This document shows, in pieces, positions 36,050-47,335 of a stretch of DNA of 64,000 nt; position 1 is the first letter of the stretch, and every line of letters begins with the position of its first letter. Origin of the DNA: Camelus dromedarius (taxonomy: Eukaryota); NCBI RefSeq assembly GCF_036321535.1, contig NC_087447.1, forward strand, positions 34,536,001-34,600,000, in the 5' to 3' direction. The notes under the pieces are model-generated. The model worked only from the letters and a program-made list of their open reading frames with translations. It did no database searches and was not told the origin of the DNA. The translations under genes and the position numbers were made by a program.

Positions 36050-36170
36050 CATTTAGACAGTGTGATTCCAGCTTCTCCATTCTGCAGGTTAGAAAACTGA
36101 GGCCCAGAAAGGAGGCGGGTCTTGCTCAAGGTCGCCCAAGTACGAGCCGAATCTGAATGCCAGGCCCGCT
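36050..36170 (-). mobile_element. MIR SINE fragment
   Basis: CCATTCTGCAGGTTAGAAAACTGAGGCCCAGA...CTTGCTCAAGGTC. Confidence 0.8.
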
Positions 36171-36895
36171 GCCAGAGGGAGCTGCCTCTGCATCGTTCTG
36201 CTCCGACCAATGGGATATTTCTCTATATCCACTTTCACTTCCTTTCTACTCCCTCAACTCTAAAGCTGATTAACCAGAAAGTTCTGCAGCCGGAATTCAA
36301 CACCAATCACCCCCAAGAGTGGAGCCTTAAATATTTCTGCTGGGCCCCCATCTCCTCACAATAGCAACAGAGCTCGGGCTCAGTGAGGACATTCTTTTAC
36401 CGCAGGGATGGCATTTTTTTTAAACAAACAATCCTATTAGAGTGTAGCCTGCAGTCAGCTCGTGATGGAAACGGGTGCTCTGGGCGGCTCTGGCCCAGCA
36501 CTAATCAGGTTCTGTGCTTGACCCTGAGGGACCTGGATTATGATCGTATGAAATAGAGAAATGCCTCCATTATCCCTTAAATTTTTTTACTGGATTCAGG
36601 GGTTTTCACACAGAGAAGGAACGCTTCTTGCCTGTTGGCTTCTTTTCTCCAGGTTAATCCACATCAGTTCAGCTTTCTCTCCGAGTGCAGCTCAGCAGCG
36701 GCCACTCAGCTCCCTTACAGGGAGTTGGGGACTCTCACCTACCTGCTCCCAGGGGCACAGTGATGGCTCTCTGATTTCAGCAAGGTCAGGAAGGCCTCTC
36801 TTTACTGCTGCAGTCTCAACACACCTTTTCCCCACAACCTGCCCTTCTTACACCTCCCCAAACGCTCCTTGCTCCCTCTTGCCTCCAGAACGCAC

Positions 36896-36965
36896 AGATG
36901 GAGATGGAGATGGAGATGGAGATAGACATGGTGATGGAGAGAGAGATGGAGATGGAGAGAGAGAT
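36896..36965. repeat. (GGAGAT)n degenerate hexamer repeat followed by (TCTG)/(TGGA) units
   Basis: direct reading. Confidence 0.9.
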
Positions 36966-37252
36966 CTGCCTGTTTGCTTGTCTGTCTGTCTTGTATGTAT
37001 GGATGGATGGGCTATGTATGTATATGTAAATAGCATGCATGGTTTTCTCCCTTCTCCCTGATCACCACGCCTCCTTTAAACCTAGTTAACTCCCATTTGT
37101 CCTTCCAGCTCTTTCTGGAAGCCTTACACATCATGCTTTCTCCAGGGAATTAAGCAACTCTCACACAGAGTCTGAGGACCTCTGTTTTCCCCTATCATGG
37201 CATTTACCACACACCACAGTAATTGTCCATTTCTAAATCTCACCCACTAAGC

Positions 37253-37432
37253 CAGGGAAAGCAAAGAAGTTAATGGTTTATGGCCACACCATCTGCTGGG
37301 CAGCACGGTCCAAACTGTCGTAGAGAAGGATGCTAAAGTTGCATATTGAGCTCAGTGTGAAATGATACAAGGATTGATTAGCTGTGTCTGCCACTGTCAT
37401 GTGATTAGAGAGTGGAGGTAGGTGTGCCAGTT
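37253..37432 (-). mobile_element. hAT-Charlie non-autonomous element (MER117-like) inserted into an L2 3' end
   Basis: GAGAAGGATGCTAAAG...GCTCAGTGTGAAA...GATTGATTAGCTGTGTCTGCCA; L2 CCCACTA|GATTGTGAGC halves on either side. Confidence 0.6.
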
Positions 37433-37435
37433 AAG

Positions 37436-37535
37436 CAGTAGATTGTGAGCTGCCTAAAGGCAGGGACAGGGCCATATCCATCTTTGTAGCTTTGGTACAC
37501 ATAGCCTAAAACAAAGTAGGTGCTTAAATAATACT
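37436..37535 (+). mobile_element. L2 LINE 3' end
   Basis: TAGATTGTGAGCTGCCTAAAGGCAGGGAC...CATCTTTGTA...AGTAGGTGCTTAAATA. Confidence 0.8.
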
Positions 37536-37559
37536 GGTGTGAGGATGACTCAAGGCTAT

Positions 37560-37775
37560 ACTACCTACTACTTATTGAGGGCTCATTCAGCATTAGGTGC
37601 CATGCTAAGTGTTATTTAATCTTCGAAAAGTTCCTATGAGGTTATAGGTATTTTCAGTCCTGTATGAAACAAATCAGAACCTGGAGAAAGTTAGGTAGGT
37701 GGCCCAGGATCACACAGTAATGGACCCAGGGTCTGACCCAGCTCAGTCCAATCCCATAGCTGCTGCTCTTTTGAC
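37560..37775 (-). mobile_element. MIR SINE
   Basis: CTTATTGAGG...GCTAAGTG...ATTTAATCTT...CCTATGAGG...GCCCAGGATCACACAG. Confidence 0.8.
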
Positions 37776-38259
37776 TCAGCTACACTTAGAAGAAAAGTAA
37801 CCTCTGAATACTATACTCAACGTCCCAGCCCAGGAAGTGCCGAATGTTGGACTCTGCTTGGGCTCTTCTGGAAACGGAGTTGATAAAGGGAACATTCCTG
37901 GGAAGTAGGGCTTTCTCCTGGCCTTGGCGTCTTTATGAAACCAAGCCATGCATGCGTCAAGACACCAACTAAGACCCAGGTATGGAGATGTTGGCAGAAG
38001 GAGGCAGGGCGGGCTTGCGAAGACTGATGAAGGATGTTGTCTGGCTTCTCATTGAGCCTGTGCCCCTCTCCCATCCTGGGGATCAGGTACCCGTGTAAAT
38101 GATAAGCAGGTTGAGCTTGCAAGTGCTGATGTTTCTTCTTCCCCAGGCAATTTATATGGGACTTGGAGAAAAAAAATACAAGAACACACACAAAATACAG
38201 AGAAATGCCAGATCCATGCTCAAAGACAGATTATTTCTAAAACCAAAGCAAGTGTAACA

Positions 38260-38390
38260 TGGTTTGCAGTTTGGGGGTCAGACAGATTGGGTCTGTATCC
38301 TAGCTCTTACTTGGCTAGCTGTGGTCCGTGGGTGCGTTACTTTCTCTCTCTGAATCAGTTTCCTCACCTATGAGATAGGGATCATTCGTC
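38260..38390 (+). mobile_element. MIR SINE 5' part (3' part resumes at about 39195-39305)
   Basis: TCAGACAGATTGGG...TAGCTGTG...TCTCTGAATCAGTTTCCTCACCTATGAGATAGGGAT. Confidence 0.82.
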
Positions 38391-38568
38391 CAGTGGTTTT
38401 CAAATGTGGTTTGGGAGTAGCAGCATCAGCGCACCTGGAAGCTTGTTAGCAAAGTTTTGGGTCTGACTCAAACCTATTGAATCAGAAACTCCTCAGATAG
38501 GGTCTGGTTTGCTGTGCTTTAATGTGTCCTCCAGGTGACTCTGATGCATACTAAAGCTTGAGAATTAA
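38391..38568. mobile_element. MER5A hAT-Charlie element
   Basis: CAGTGGTTTTCAAA...AGCAGCATCAGC...TGAATCAGAAACT...CCTCCAGGTGACTCTGATGCA...AAGCTTGAGAA. Confidence 0.9.
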
Positions 38569-38570
38569 GA

Positions 38571-39185
38571 CAGTGACTTTCCAATTTTTTCTCCACCACC
38601 CACAATAAGAAATGTATTTTTCATCATAACCTAGTACTCAACACATACATTATGTTCATAACTGAGACATACTTTCACAAAGCATTCTTCCCCTGGCCTC
38701 TTGCAATGCTCTCTGATATTTGATATGCTATTCCATTCCACTCCACTCCATTCCATTCCACTCCACTCCATCCCATCCCATTCCATTCCATTCCACTCCA
38801 TTCCACTCCATCCCATCCCCATTCCATTCCACTCCATTCCATTCCATTCCATCCCACTCCATTCTATTCCATTCTACTTCACTCCACTTCACCCCATCTC
38901 ATTCCATTCTACTCCACCCCATTCTACTCCACTCTATTTCATCCCATCCCATCCCATTCTATTTCACTCCACTCCACTCCAACCCATTCCATTCCATTCC
39001 ACTGCACTCCATCCCATTCCACTCCACTCCACTCCACTCCATTCCACTCCATCCCATCCCATCCCATTCCATTTCATTCCTTTCCATATCATCCTACTTC
39101 ATTTTTTAAATGCTAGTTTCAATCCACCAGGTTGATTTCATGATCCATTAATGGATCACAAACTATGGTTTGCAAAGAAAAAGTG
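38571..39185. mobile_element. hAT-Charlie non-autonomous element (Charlie18a-like) containing the pentamer array
   Basis: CAGTGACTTTC...CCCACAATAAGAAATGTATTTT...ACTCTGATATTT-like | TTTTTAAATGCT...TTGATTTCATGATCCATTAATGGATCAC...GTTTG. Confidence 0.7.
38729..39101. repeat. (TTCCA/CTCCA/TCCCA)n pentanucleotide array, about 70-75 units
   Basis: strict 5 bp period with variant units. Confidence 0.97.
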
Positions 39186-40059
39186 ATCTAAGCAGTCCCT
39201 TCCAGGTTGGGTTGATCAAAAGAGATGTTTATAAAATACCTAGGACACTGCCTGCTGCATAGTACGTTCTCAATTAACGGTAGCTTTCATTATCATCATT
39301 ATCATTAACACACTACGCAGCAGGCAAAAACTTACTAAGTATTTTAGTGAAATGAAACTCATGTTAATGTCTTAAACCATATAAAATGCACAAGTCCCAA
39401 ACCTATTCTTTTGAATGTGCTTATGCATAAATCCAAATACATCTTTTCCTAGGAAATCCCCCTGAAAGTTATAATTACTCTGATTCTTGGCAATAAAATA
39501 ATCATAGCACTAGAAAATCCCCATGGAGGAGTGTTGGCAATAGACCAGTGAGAGGGGAGGCGGGGTCAGAGATGATCTATTCTGTGGGGGCTAAGGAGGG
39601 AATCTCCGTAGTGCACTGAGCTCTGATGGGTAAATTTCAACTTTCCTGTGGCATTTACTCAGCACCGTAGCTGCCAACAAAACAGATCTCCCCTAAAGGG
39701 ACCAGATGGCCGCAAAGGAGCCAAATGGGAAGGTACTGCTTACAAATTACAACTGCAGCACCCGAACTCTGCTGACAAAGTCGCTGCAGTGTTAATCACC
39801 CCCTCCTGGAAAATCAGACCTACATTTAATTCTAAGGACCTGAAATGATGAATCCCATCAGAAGTATGCTGTAAGTCTCAAATCCCTTTATTGCAAGTGG
39901 AAGGAAATGAGTATAAAGACTCCGCCCTCCGGGTGAGGGGGAACCTCTCTCCCAGGACTGCTAGGTGAGATTCACGTATCTAGAAAATTCATCTTTGATC
40001 CCCACCATTCCCCTCCAATCAGGAAGTTTTTTGGTGATGATTTTTAATACCTACAATTT

Positions 40060-40255
40060 GACAGTTACCCACTGTGTGCCAGCCAGGTGACATGCTGAGC
40101 TTTATCTGTTAGGTAAGGTAGGATTATAAATGAAATTTTTCGGATGAGGAAAGAGCCTCAGTGACGCTGTCCAAGGTCACAGAGTTGTTTAACAGGGAAG
40201 TTAAATTTGATCCAGGTCTCTGGCTTCCAAGCCCCAGCCCACATTCTTTATCGTC
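40060..40255 (-). mobile_element. MIR SINE
   Basis: GATGAGGAAAGAGCCTCAGTGAC...TCCAAGGTCACAGAG...ATTTGATCCAGG. Confidence 0.78.
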
Positions 40256-40339
40256 AACACCTATTCCTTCAAACTCTTCAGCTGAATTGGGTCCCTCGAT
40301 CACAGGAAGAGGAAGGAAAAAGAAGAAAAAACTAGGATT

Positions 40340-40570
40340 GTTGCAGGTTGACAACGTGCAGTACACCATGCCAGGTGCGTTACAGAATTTTCTAAATCAC
40401 AATATTCCTTTCAGATCAAGATCATTATCCCCTTTCCCAGATGAGAAGACTGGAGTAAAGAAAGGTTAAGTAACTTGCTCAGGATCACACCATTTAAAAA
40501 GGGAAGAGCCAGACTTTAACCCCACTCTCTCTGCATCTAAACCTCTTGCTTCTCCTCTACACCATGCTGA
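40340..40570 (-). mobile_element. MIR SINE
   Basis: ATTATCCCCTTTCCCAGATGAGAAGACTG...AGGTTAAGTAACTTGCTCAGGATCACAC. Confidence 0.88.
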
Positions 40571-40914
40571 CTGGAATCTTGGAAGGATTTCTCCCCACTC
40601 AAATCCACCCTCTAGGTTACTGTGGTGTTAGTCATCCTAAAATGAAACCTAGGCTCTGGCCCTCTCTTGCTAAAAAACATTCTATGACTTCCAAGTACCT
40701 ACAGAATAAAGCCCAAATCCCTCAGCCTGGCTTCAGGCTCTCTTCAGTCCAGATCCAAACAGTCTTTCTCGTGTTGAAACTCAATACTGCTTTTCAAGCA
40801 CAAATAGACACCCCAAATCTCCCTGGCCCAGTCCACCCTCCATATCATCACCAACGCATTCTTCCTAACGTATCGCTAGATTACATCACCGCTTTGCTTG
40901 AACATGGCTCTTAT

Positions 40915-41405
40915 GAGACAGCTGTTATATCCGCTGCCATCATCTGCCCTTCTCTTGGTGATAGAGGTGACTTCCCTCCACTCAGTCCTCCTTGGGGTGA
41001 GCCTGTGACCCAGTCTAGCCAATCAGAGCACCACACCCCTCAGGCCACAGTGATTGCTTCAGGTATGGGCAAGTAACCTGGGCCAGGACAATCCAGTCCA
41101 CTCGGAGCTAATGCCAGGACTCAGGCTCAGGCAGAAGAACTCTCTCTTTGGGGGGATTTTAAGTGCAGGGCCATTGGCAGTCACCTTGCCACCACAGAGA
41201 AGATTACACCTGAGAATGCAGCTCACGGAGAGGTGAGATGCAAAAAGATAAGCTCTTGATAATATGGTGTATCACCCCTAGGTCTAGTCTGGCCCCAAGT
41301 TCCCTTATCCCCAGACAATTCAATGACATAAGCCAATACATTTCCTTTCTGTTTAAGCGAGTTTGGGTTGGGCTTTCTTACAACTTGGAACTAGCAGTCT
41401 CCTTA
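40915..41405 (+). mobile_element. ERVL-MaLR solo LTR (MLT1K-like)
   Basis: TGTGACCCAGTCTAGCCAATCAGAGCA...GGCCACAGTGATTG; end AGCCAATACATTTCCTTT...GTTTAAGC...GTTTGGGTTGGG. Confidence 0.8.
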
Positions 41406-41794
41406 CAACTGGAAGCTCTTACAACTAATGTAGCTCTTCCCCACCTTCGGCACGGGGTTCAGTTTCCTGAGGAACCTTGAAGACCTGAGCAGTCAGGACC
41501 CCAGCCTACCTTTCCCTCCCCCACCCCCGCCCCCAGGTCATCACACACTCAAGCTGCCTGCAGTGGCCCATGCTGCTCTCTGCCGGAGTTCCTCTGCCCC
41601 AGTCATAAAGCTAGCCAATGCTAGATCAGGATTTGAATCCCCACTCACCCATCTCAGAGTTTAAATGCATAACCACCATGGAAGATGGCCTCTCAGAGGC
41701 GGGAGGGGTGACTAGAAGGTAGGATGATGGACCAAGGAGCACCATGTGCCAGAAGAGGACTCTGGACTCTGTTTTTTATTTACTGTGTATACAG

Positions 41795-42030
41795 AACTGA
41801 TTAAACACAGGGCCCAGGAGCCAGATTTGGGTTCAAATTCTGAGTCCACCTCTTACCAGCTGCCAGACTTGGACATCTTCATCTCTCTGTTTTGGTTTCT
41901 TGATGGTTATGATGATGGGGAAAATAGATCCTATTGTGAAGGATCAAATAAGTTAACTAACAAAGATATAGCACGTAGTGCGTGATTCACCATAGGTGTA
42001 ATCGAAGGCTTGGCAACTATCACTGTTAAT
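41795..42030 (+). mobile_element. MIR SINE
   Basis: GGAGCCAGATTTGGGTTCAAATTCTG...CTTACCAGCTG...ACTTGGACA. Confidence 0.8.
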
Positions 42031-42829
42031 CTGCAGGAGACATGGAGCCATGAATGTTCTTGGGCAGGTTTCAGAGACATGAGCAGGGCCAGGTGTTACT
42101 GTATTTCACGCACATGTGTGACTTAGATACATGAAGGTTTTGGTGAATTCTGTGCACACTTGGAAGGACCCGCACCAAATACTTCTTCTCTATCCGGACC
42201 AGACACCTGTGGGAAGGAATTCTGGGCACAGCCATGGCTGGCTAGTCCACCTTTGCATCCCCTGTGCCTCCCAGCACAAGCATCGCCTGCTCCCAGCTGC
42301 AATGTGGCTGTCACTAGGCTGATCACTTGTCCACATGGTACAGGGCATGAGCAGCTACAGGCATCAGGCCCACAGGCCACCACGGCACCTCCTCTGCCCA
42401 TGAAGCTGCTACCTCCCAGATGCTCTCATCTGGCCGGGCTTGCAGACCAGGCAAGAACAGGATGCCTGGCACACGGAGGGCCAAGCCCGCCACCAAACCA
42501 CGGTCAGACAAGGGACCAGATAGAGGTTGTGGGGCCAGAAAAGAGGCAGAGTGTAGGCAAGCGTGCCTGAAAGGGAGGCCTCCGTCTCCTTTCCGTCTCT
42601 AACTCCTTGTTTGTGCACTAAGACCAACCCGTGCCCCCACAACCCACTCCAGTGTTTCATTCTCTTCAGTGCTCTGTCATTATTCCCTGGGGGTCAAACA
42701 TGAGTTTGCAAGTGAGATCCCTCAGGGCAGGGGCTTCAGCACACAAATCCCTGTTATCCCCTCTGCCCGGTGCAGATCTATCCCAAAACTTGTTACAAAA
42801 TTGGCCTGCTCTTCTCCACTTTGCCTGCT

Positions 42830-43340
42830 ACACCCCAGGCCAGCATCTCCTACAGCAAGGACTGGCCTTCCCGCTGCCCCTCTTTCCCACCTCCTGCAAT
42901 CCATCCTTTATGTGGCAGCCAAGGGACCTTTTAAAAATGCAAATCAGAGGGTGTCATTCCCTGCTTAAACCTCTTGGACAGCCTCCCATCCTAAATAAAA
43001 TGAAAGCTAAAATCCTTAGCACAGCCAACAGGGCCCTCCATGAGCTGGCTCTGCCCACCTCCTCCCTCACTGTTCCCAGTGATGCTGACCAGCTTCCTCC
43101 TGTTCACCAAGCCAGTCCTGCCTCAGAGCATCTGCACTTGCTCCTCCCTCTGCCTGGCATGCTGATCCCTAGGTCTTCACACACTGGCTCCTCTTGCCTC
43201 TGAGTCACCTTCCTAGAGCCGCATCTCTGGACTACCGGATCTGAGTTAGCCTACCATCCCACCTTCCTTTTTATATCACATCATTTTATTTTGGCTTCTT
43301 CGTGGCATTTATCAGTACTCCCTAAAAGGCATTTGTAGTG
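42830..43340 (+). mobile_element. L2 LINE fragment
   Basis: CAATCCATCCT...GCAGCCA...TTTTAAAAATGCAAATCAGA...CCTGCTTAAACC...GGCCCTCCATGAGCTGGC...CCTGCCTCAG. Confidence 0.88.
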
Positions 43341-43562
43341 GTATTATTTTCTTCTCTTCCATCCTGTTTAAATTTTGCTTATAGTTCAAGTCCCATCTTT
43401 GACACTTTTACTTGGGAGGTTGGACAAGCTGTTTATTTTCTCTCCAAACCTCAGTTATTTTACCTGTTTACCAATAGTTACAAGGCTGTTCCCTACAAGA
43501 GATATTGCTTATTGATAATTATTGTTGGTATCTCACAAAAGCGTTTGAGGATTCAATTAAAC

Positions 43563-43638
43563 AGTGTCTGTAGATCTATCACGGCACCTGGCACGTTGTA
43601 GTGTCTGTAGATCTATCACGGCACCTGGCACGTTGTAG
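43563..43638. repeat. perfect 37 bp tandem duplication in a MIR 3' end
   Basis: AGTGTCTGTAGATCTATCACGGCACCTGGCACGTTGT at 43563-43599 and 43600-43636, then AG. Confidence 0.97.
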
Positions 43639-44609
43639 GTGTAGGTGAACCTGCTATGACTTGCAGGTTCCCATTAGGGAATATCCCAGGAGCCTCTGGG
43701 CTATCACAGGTATCTTTTAAATGCATGTTCTTTTACTTTTGTTTTTCTACCTGCAAAAGCAGAAACTTCTGATTATGCTTTTCAGAGTTGGGCCCTCACC
43801 TGGTTGGGAGGGTCTGATGGAAGCAGTCTGGCTCACGTGGATAACACTACCATGCCTGCAAGGTGCTCTAACCCTGAATAGCAGGAGCAGCCCTGATGCT
43901 GCCTGCCTTGGCCTCCCCGCATTCCCCTCTGCAGGGCTGGCCCCACCATGAATATGCACACTCAGGTCTCAGCCAGGCAGAGAAGGTGCCTCTGTCTTCT
44001 ATAGGTCAAACACCATGGCAACCCGGCAGGCCCCAAAATATCCCCAGCCTTTTGATACCCTGGCTTCTCATGCATTGCTGAGGCTGGGAACCATTCTCAG
44101 GGGACTGTTTCCACCAGCACAGACATTACCCTGGAATTCTACTGGTGATTTTTCTTAAATAGCACAAAGGTAAAAGGACAAAGGAGGGAGGAGCTGGCAT
44201 TGTCTTGAAGAGCTTGGCTTCTGATTCTAGCCCCCATACTTTCTAGGAAGACAGCTTATTTACATCTTATAATGTTTCATCTTCTGTAAAACACAAATAA
44301 TAATAGTGCCCATTCATAGAGATGCTATGATTACATTCAATTATTCATTCAACAAATATTCCTTGAGGCCCCACATGGCAAGCATTGTGCCTGGCACCTG
44401 TTCTGGCTGTGTAGAAACCACAGCAGAGTGGGAGAGACATAACAATAACCACACACACTTCACTTAATTTCATATGTGGCAAATGCTACGGATGACGTTT
44501 ACAGGATGCTTTGAGAACAGGCAACAGTCTCAAATGTGAGCATTCTTTCAATAAATGTTTACTGAACACCTCCTATGCCCCACTTGCAGTTCTAGGTGTT
44601 AGAGATACA

Positions 44610-45365
44610 TTGAACAGCCTCCCAGCTGCTCTTCCATCTTCCCTGTGGACACCCACATCCATCTCTTCTCCACAGAGCAGCCAGTAATATTTTAAAACTG
44701 AAAATCAGATCATCCCACCCAAGTGCTGAGAATCCTTTGATGTCTTCACCTGCACTTAAAACCTAAACTCGCTACATTGTTCCTTCCCTGGCCCTACCGA
44801 GCTCAGCAGCTCATCTCAGGTAACCCCATCCCTTATTCACTTGGCTCAAGACCAGTGGTTCTTTGACTCTAACATGCATCAGAATCATCTGGAAGGCTTG
44901 CTGGGCATCACCCCCACCAAGGTCTGTGATTCAGTAGATGGGGGTAGGCCTGAGAATTGGCATTTCTAACCTGTTCTCTGGTGATGCTAATGTTACTATT
45001 CTAGAGATCCACTTTGAGAACTGCAGCTCTAGCCACCGGGCCTTCATGTTGTTCCTTGAAGATGCTAAGGTTTGTCACATCTCAGGACCTTTGCACATGC
45101 TGTTCCTTCTGCCTGGAATGCCCCGACTCTCCCTGGGTTGTTTCCTTCCCATCTTAATTGCTACTTTCTCAGAAATTTTATCCATCTGCCTCCTTTGCTG
45201 TTTGCAGTTACACTGGCCGTTAATTTGTGACCACATTCCCGGTCTGTTCCCATCACAATCACTGCCCGTTTTCCTGAAGGCGGCACGAGAGAAAGGCTGG
45301 CCGCTTTGTCTATCGGCTCAGCACAGTAAATGCTGAGCAGTCAGTAAGCACCTGTGGAATGAGTA
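44610..45365 (+). mobile_element. L2 LINE fragment interrupted by MER5A
   Basis: TTTTAAAACTGAAAATCAGATCAT...; after MER5A: GGCCTTC...CTCAGGACCTTTGCACATGCTGTTCCTTCTGCCTGGAATGC. Confidence 0.85.
44853..45026. mobile_element. MER5A hAT-Charlie element
   Basis: CAGTGGTTCT...TGCATCAGAATCATCTGGAAGGCTTG...TGATTCAGTAG...GCATTTCTAAC...CACTTTGAGAA; TSD CTCAAGAC/CTCTAGCC. Confidence 0.92.
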
Positions 45366-46989
45366 AGGACAGGCTCCCTGCCTCAAGGATGTCCGGCCTA
45401 GGATAGTCTATGCGGAGCCCTGAGCACGAGGCCTAGCACACAGTAAATGACCGTCATCACTGGCAATCTCCCACCCTCAGGGTGACAGGCCTGCAGGATA
45501 TGTCCATTCTCCTTAAATAGGAGCCACAGAGAAGCCATGTCCTCAAAGCTCCCCGAGACTACTTTCTTGGCCAGCACTGAGACAGCTGTTTGCAGCTAGC
45601 ACTGGCCCCCACCCCAGAAGGCAGGTGGGCTGCGTTCCTTCCGCAGACCCCTGCAGGCCCAGGGTCACCCAGCCAACCCCCACGTAGCTGATGCTGAACC
45701 TTTAGGAGACACAGCCCTTCCTCCAGCTTCACTGGTCCCCCTCCCTCTCTGGTCCTGCAGGATGACCCCAGCCCTCAGTGCTCCAAGTGGCATTGCCTCC
45801 AAGGCAAGGAGTGTTGATTTTAAGCACCCTTGTTTCGTTGGAGCCAGCATCTCTCAGTGAGAAGAATCTGTGTCCAAGGCAGCAGCAGAGAACGGTGTCC
45901 AAAATTGCCCATGAAGGCTATTCAGAGGCACAAACGGATGGGCAATTAATAACGAAAAATGATCGTAATGGCTTCTCCCCACATAAAGGGGTTCACTTAA
46001 GGCACAATAGTGACGGGAAGGCAGATGGATGGCCCCGGATGGGCTCTCTCCTTCCTTTTCTAAAGGGCTGACTCTGGCCTTGAGCAGGAGACAAAACCTT
46101 CAAGGAGTCATTTAAAAGAATAAAGGGTTTATCTGTGAATGGTTTAGATTCATGGCTGAAAGGATTCCAGGAGAGAGCTGCGGGGTCCCTGGGGACTGGG
46201 CAAGGAGGCCTGTGCTCCACTCCAGGCCAGGTCAGATGCTCTCCCAGCCTTGTAGCAGCAGAACTAGGAGAGGCTGATGGTCCCATGGGGTCTCAGCCAA
46301 AGATGTGACACTCGCTCTGGGAGCCCCTAGAGGCAATCTGAGGAGAATTAAGAGAGGTCTCAAATGACTGCTGTGTGTTTTCAGAGCAAGTCAGCGTGAC
46401 AGGAGGGGAAGAACCCCCTCAGAGTTCTTTAGAGTAACAGGGCTGTGGCAGGTCCCAAAGGAAGCTGGAACTCCCGCGAGGCTCTGGGGGAAGTGGGGAG
46501 GGCACACCTGCCTAGGGTCAGATTAAAGAGGGAGGTAATTTCTGGATTGAGCCCTGGTGGTCAGCAGACAGGCTGGCCACACTGATGGACCTGGCTAGTG
46601 GTATCAACGTGACCGAGCTCCCAGTCCATTCGGACAAGACACGGGTTTTTCTCAGAGGTGACATGCATTACAGGAGGACCCAGGCAGCCCACGGGAGTCC
46701 CCATAGGACATGTGCCTCGGGGAGATACCCACATACCAGGGAGTGTTAGTGTGGTCAGGGATCCTCCAAAGACATTTCTAATATCCAGTCTAAGATTAAA
46801 GATCAGTTTCCTTCTATTGATCTAAATCCCCTGGCCAACGGCCCTTTGTTAGGGTCTGAGTCATGGCCCTCCTAAAGGACATGCACTCTTTCTCAGGGAC
46901 CCTCGATCTGAAAAGCTTGCACCATCTTCAGGCCCCACGTCTGTGGCCCCAGATTTTCTTTTGCCTTTATCTGTAATCAGCTGGTCTCC

Positions 46990-47125
46990 ATGTGTTTATT
47001 TTGAACACCTGTGCTGTGCCAGGCACAGTGCTAAGTGCTAGGGATCTCAAGGAAACAAAATAGACACAATGTCTGCTGTTAAAATCTATAGGGGAATTCA
47101 TAGCAGTGAACAGGTTAATATGGGC
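46990..47125 (-). mobile_element. L2 LINE 3' end
   Basis: TTTATTTTGAACACC...TGTGCCAGGCACAGTGCTAAGTGCTAGGGAT...AACAAAATAGAC. Confidence 0.8.
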
Positions 47126-47129
47126 AACG

Positions 47130-47335
47130 GACCATCACAGTTAAGACCCCAGACTCTGGAATCAGACTGCCAGCCTGGAATCACACCCCAGCTCCGGACT
47201 TACCAGCCATATGACTTTGGGTTTATGTGATATTGATCAAATTACTTCTCTGTGCCTTAGTTTCAACGTCTGCAAAATGGGGATAATAAGTGCCTTTATC
47301 ATAGGGTAGTTTTGGGGATTAATACATGGAAAAAG
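47130..47335 (+). mobile_element. MIR SINE
   Basis: GTTAAGAC...ACTCTGGAATCAGACTGCC...CTCTGTGCCTTAGTTTC...TCTGCAAAATGGGGATAATA. Confidence 0.9.

Noticed and set aside
36561..37061. 166 aa ORF with GDGDGD motif
   Set aside because: The motif derives from the (GGAGAT)n repeat
38631..39135. MEWNG / HSIPF repeat ORFs
   Set aside because: Translation of the pentamer array
42090..42570. Possible unrecognised LTR-like element
   Set aside because: Could not match it to a family or find termini and TSD by eye
42631..43203. 190 aa ORF
   Set aside because: Largely overlaps a degenerate L2 fragment; no host protein similarity recognisable
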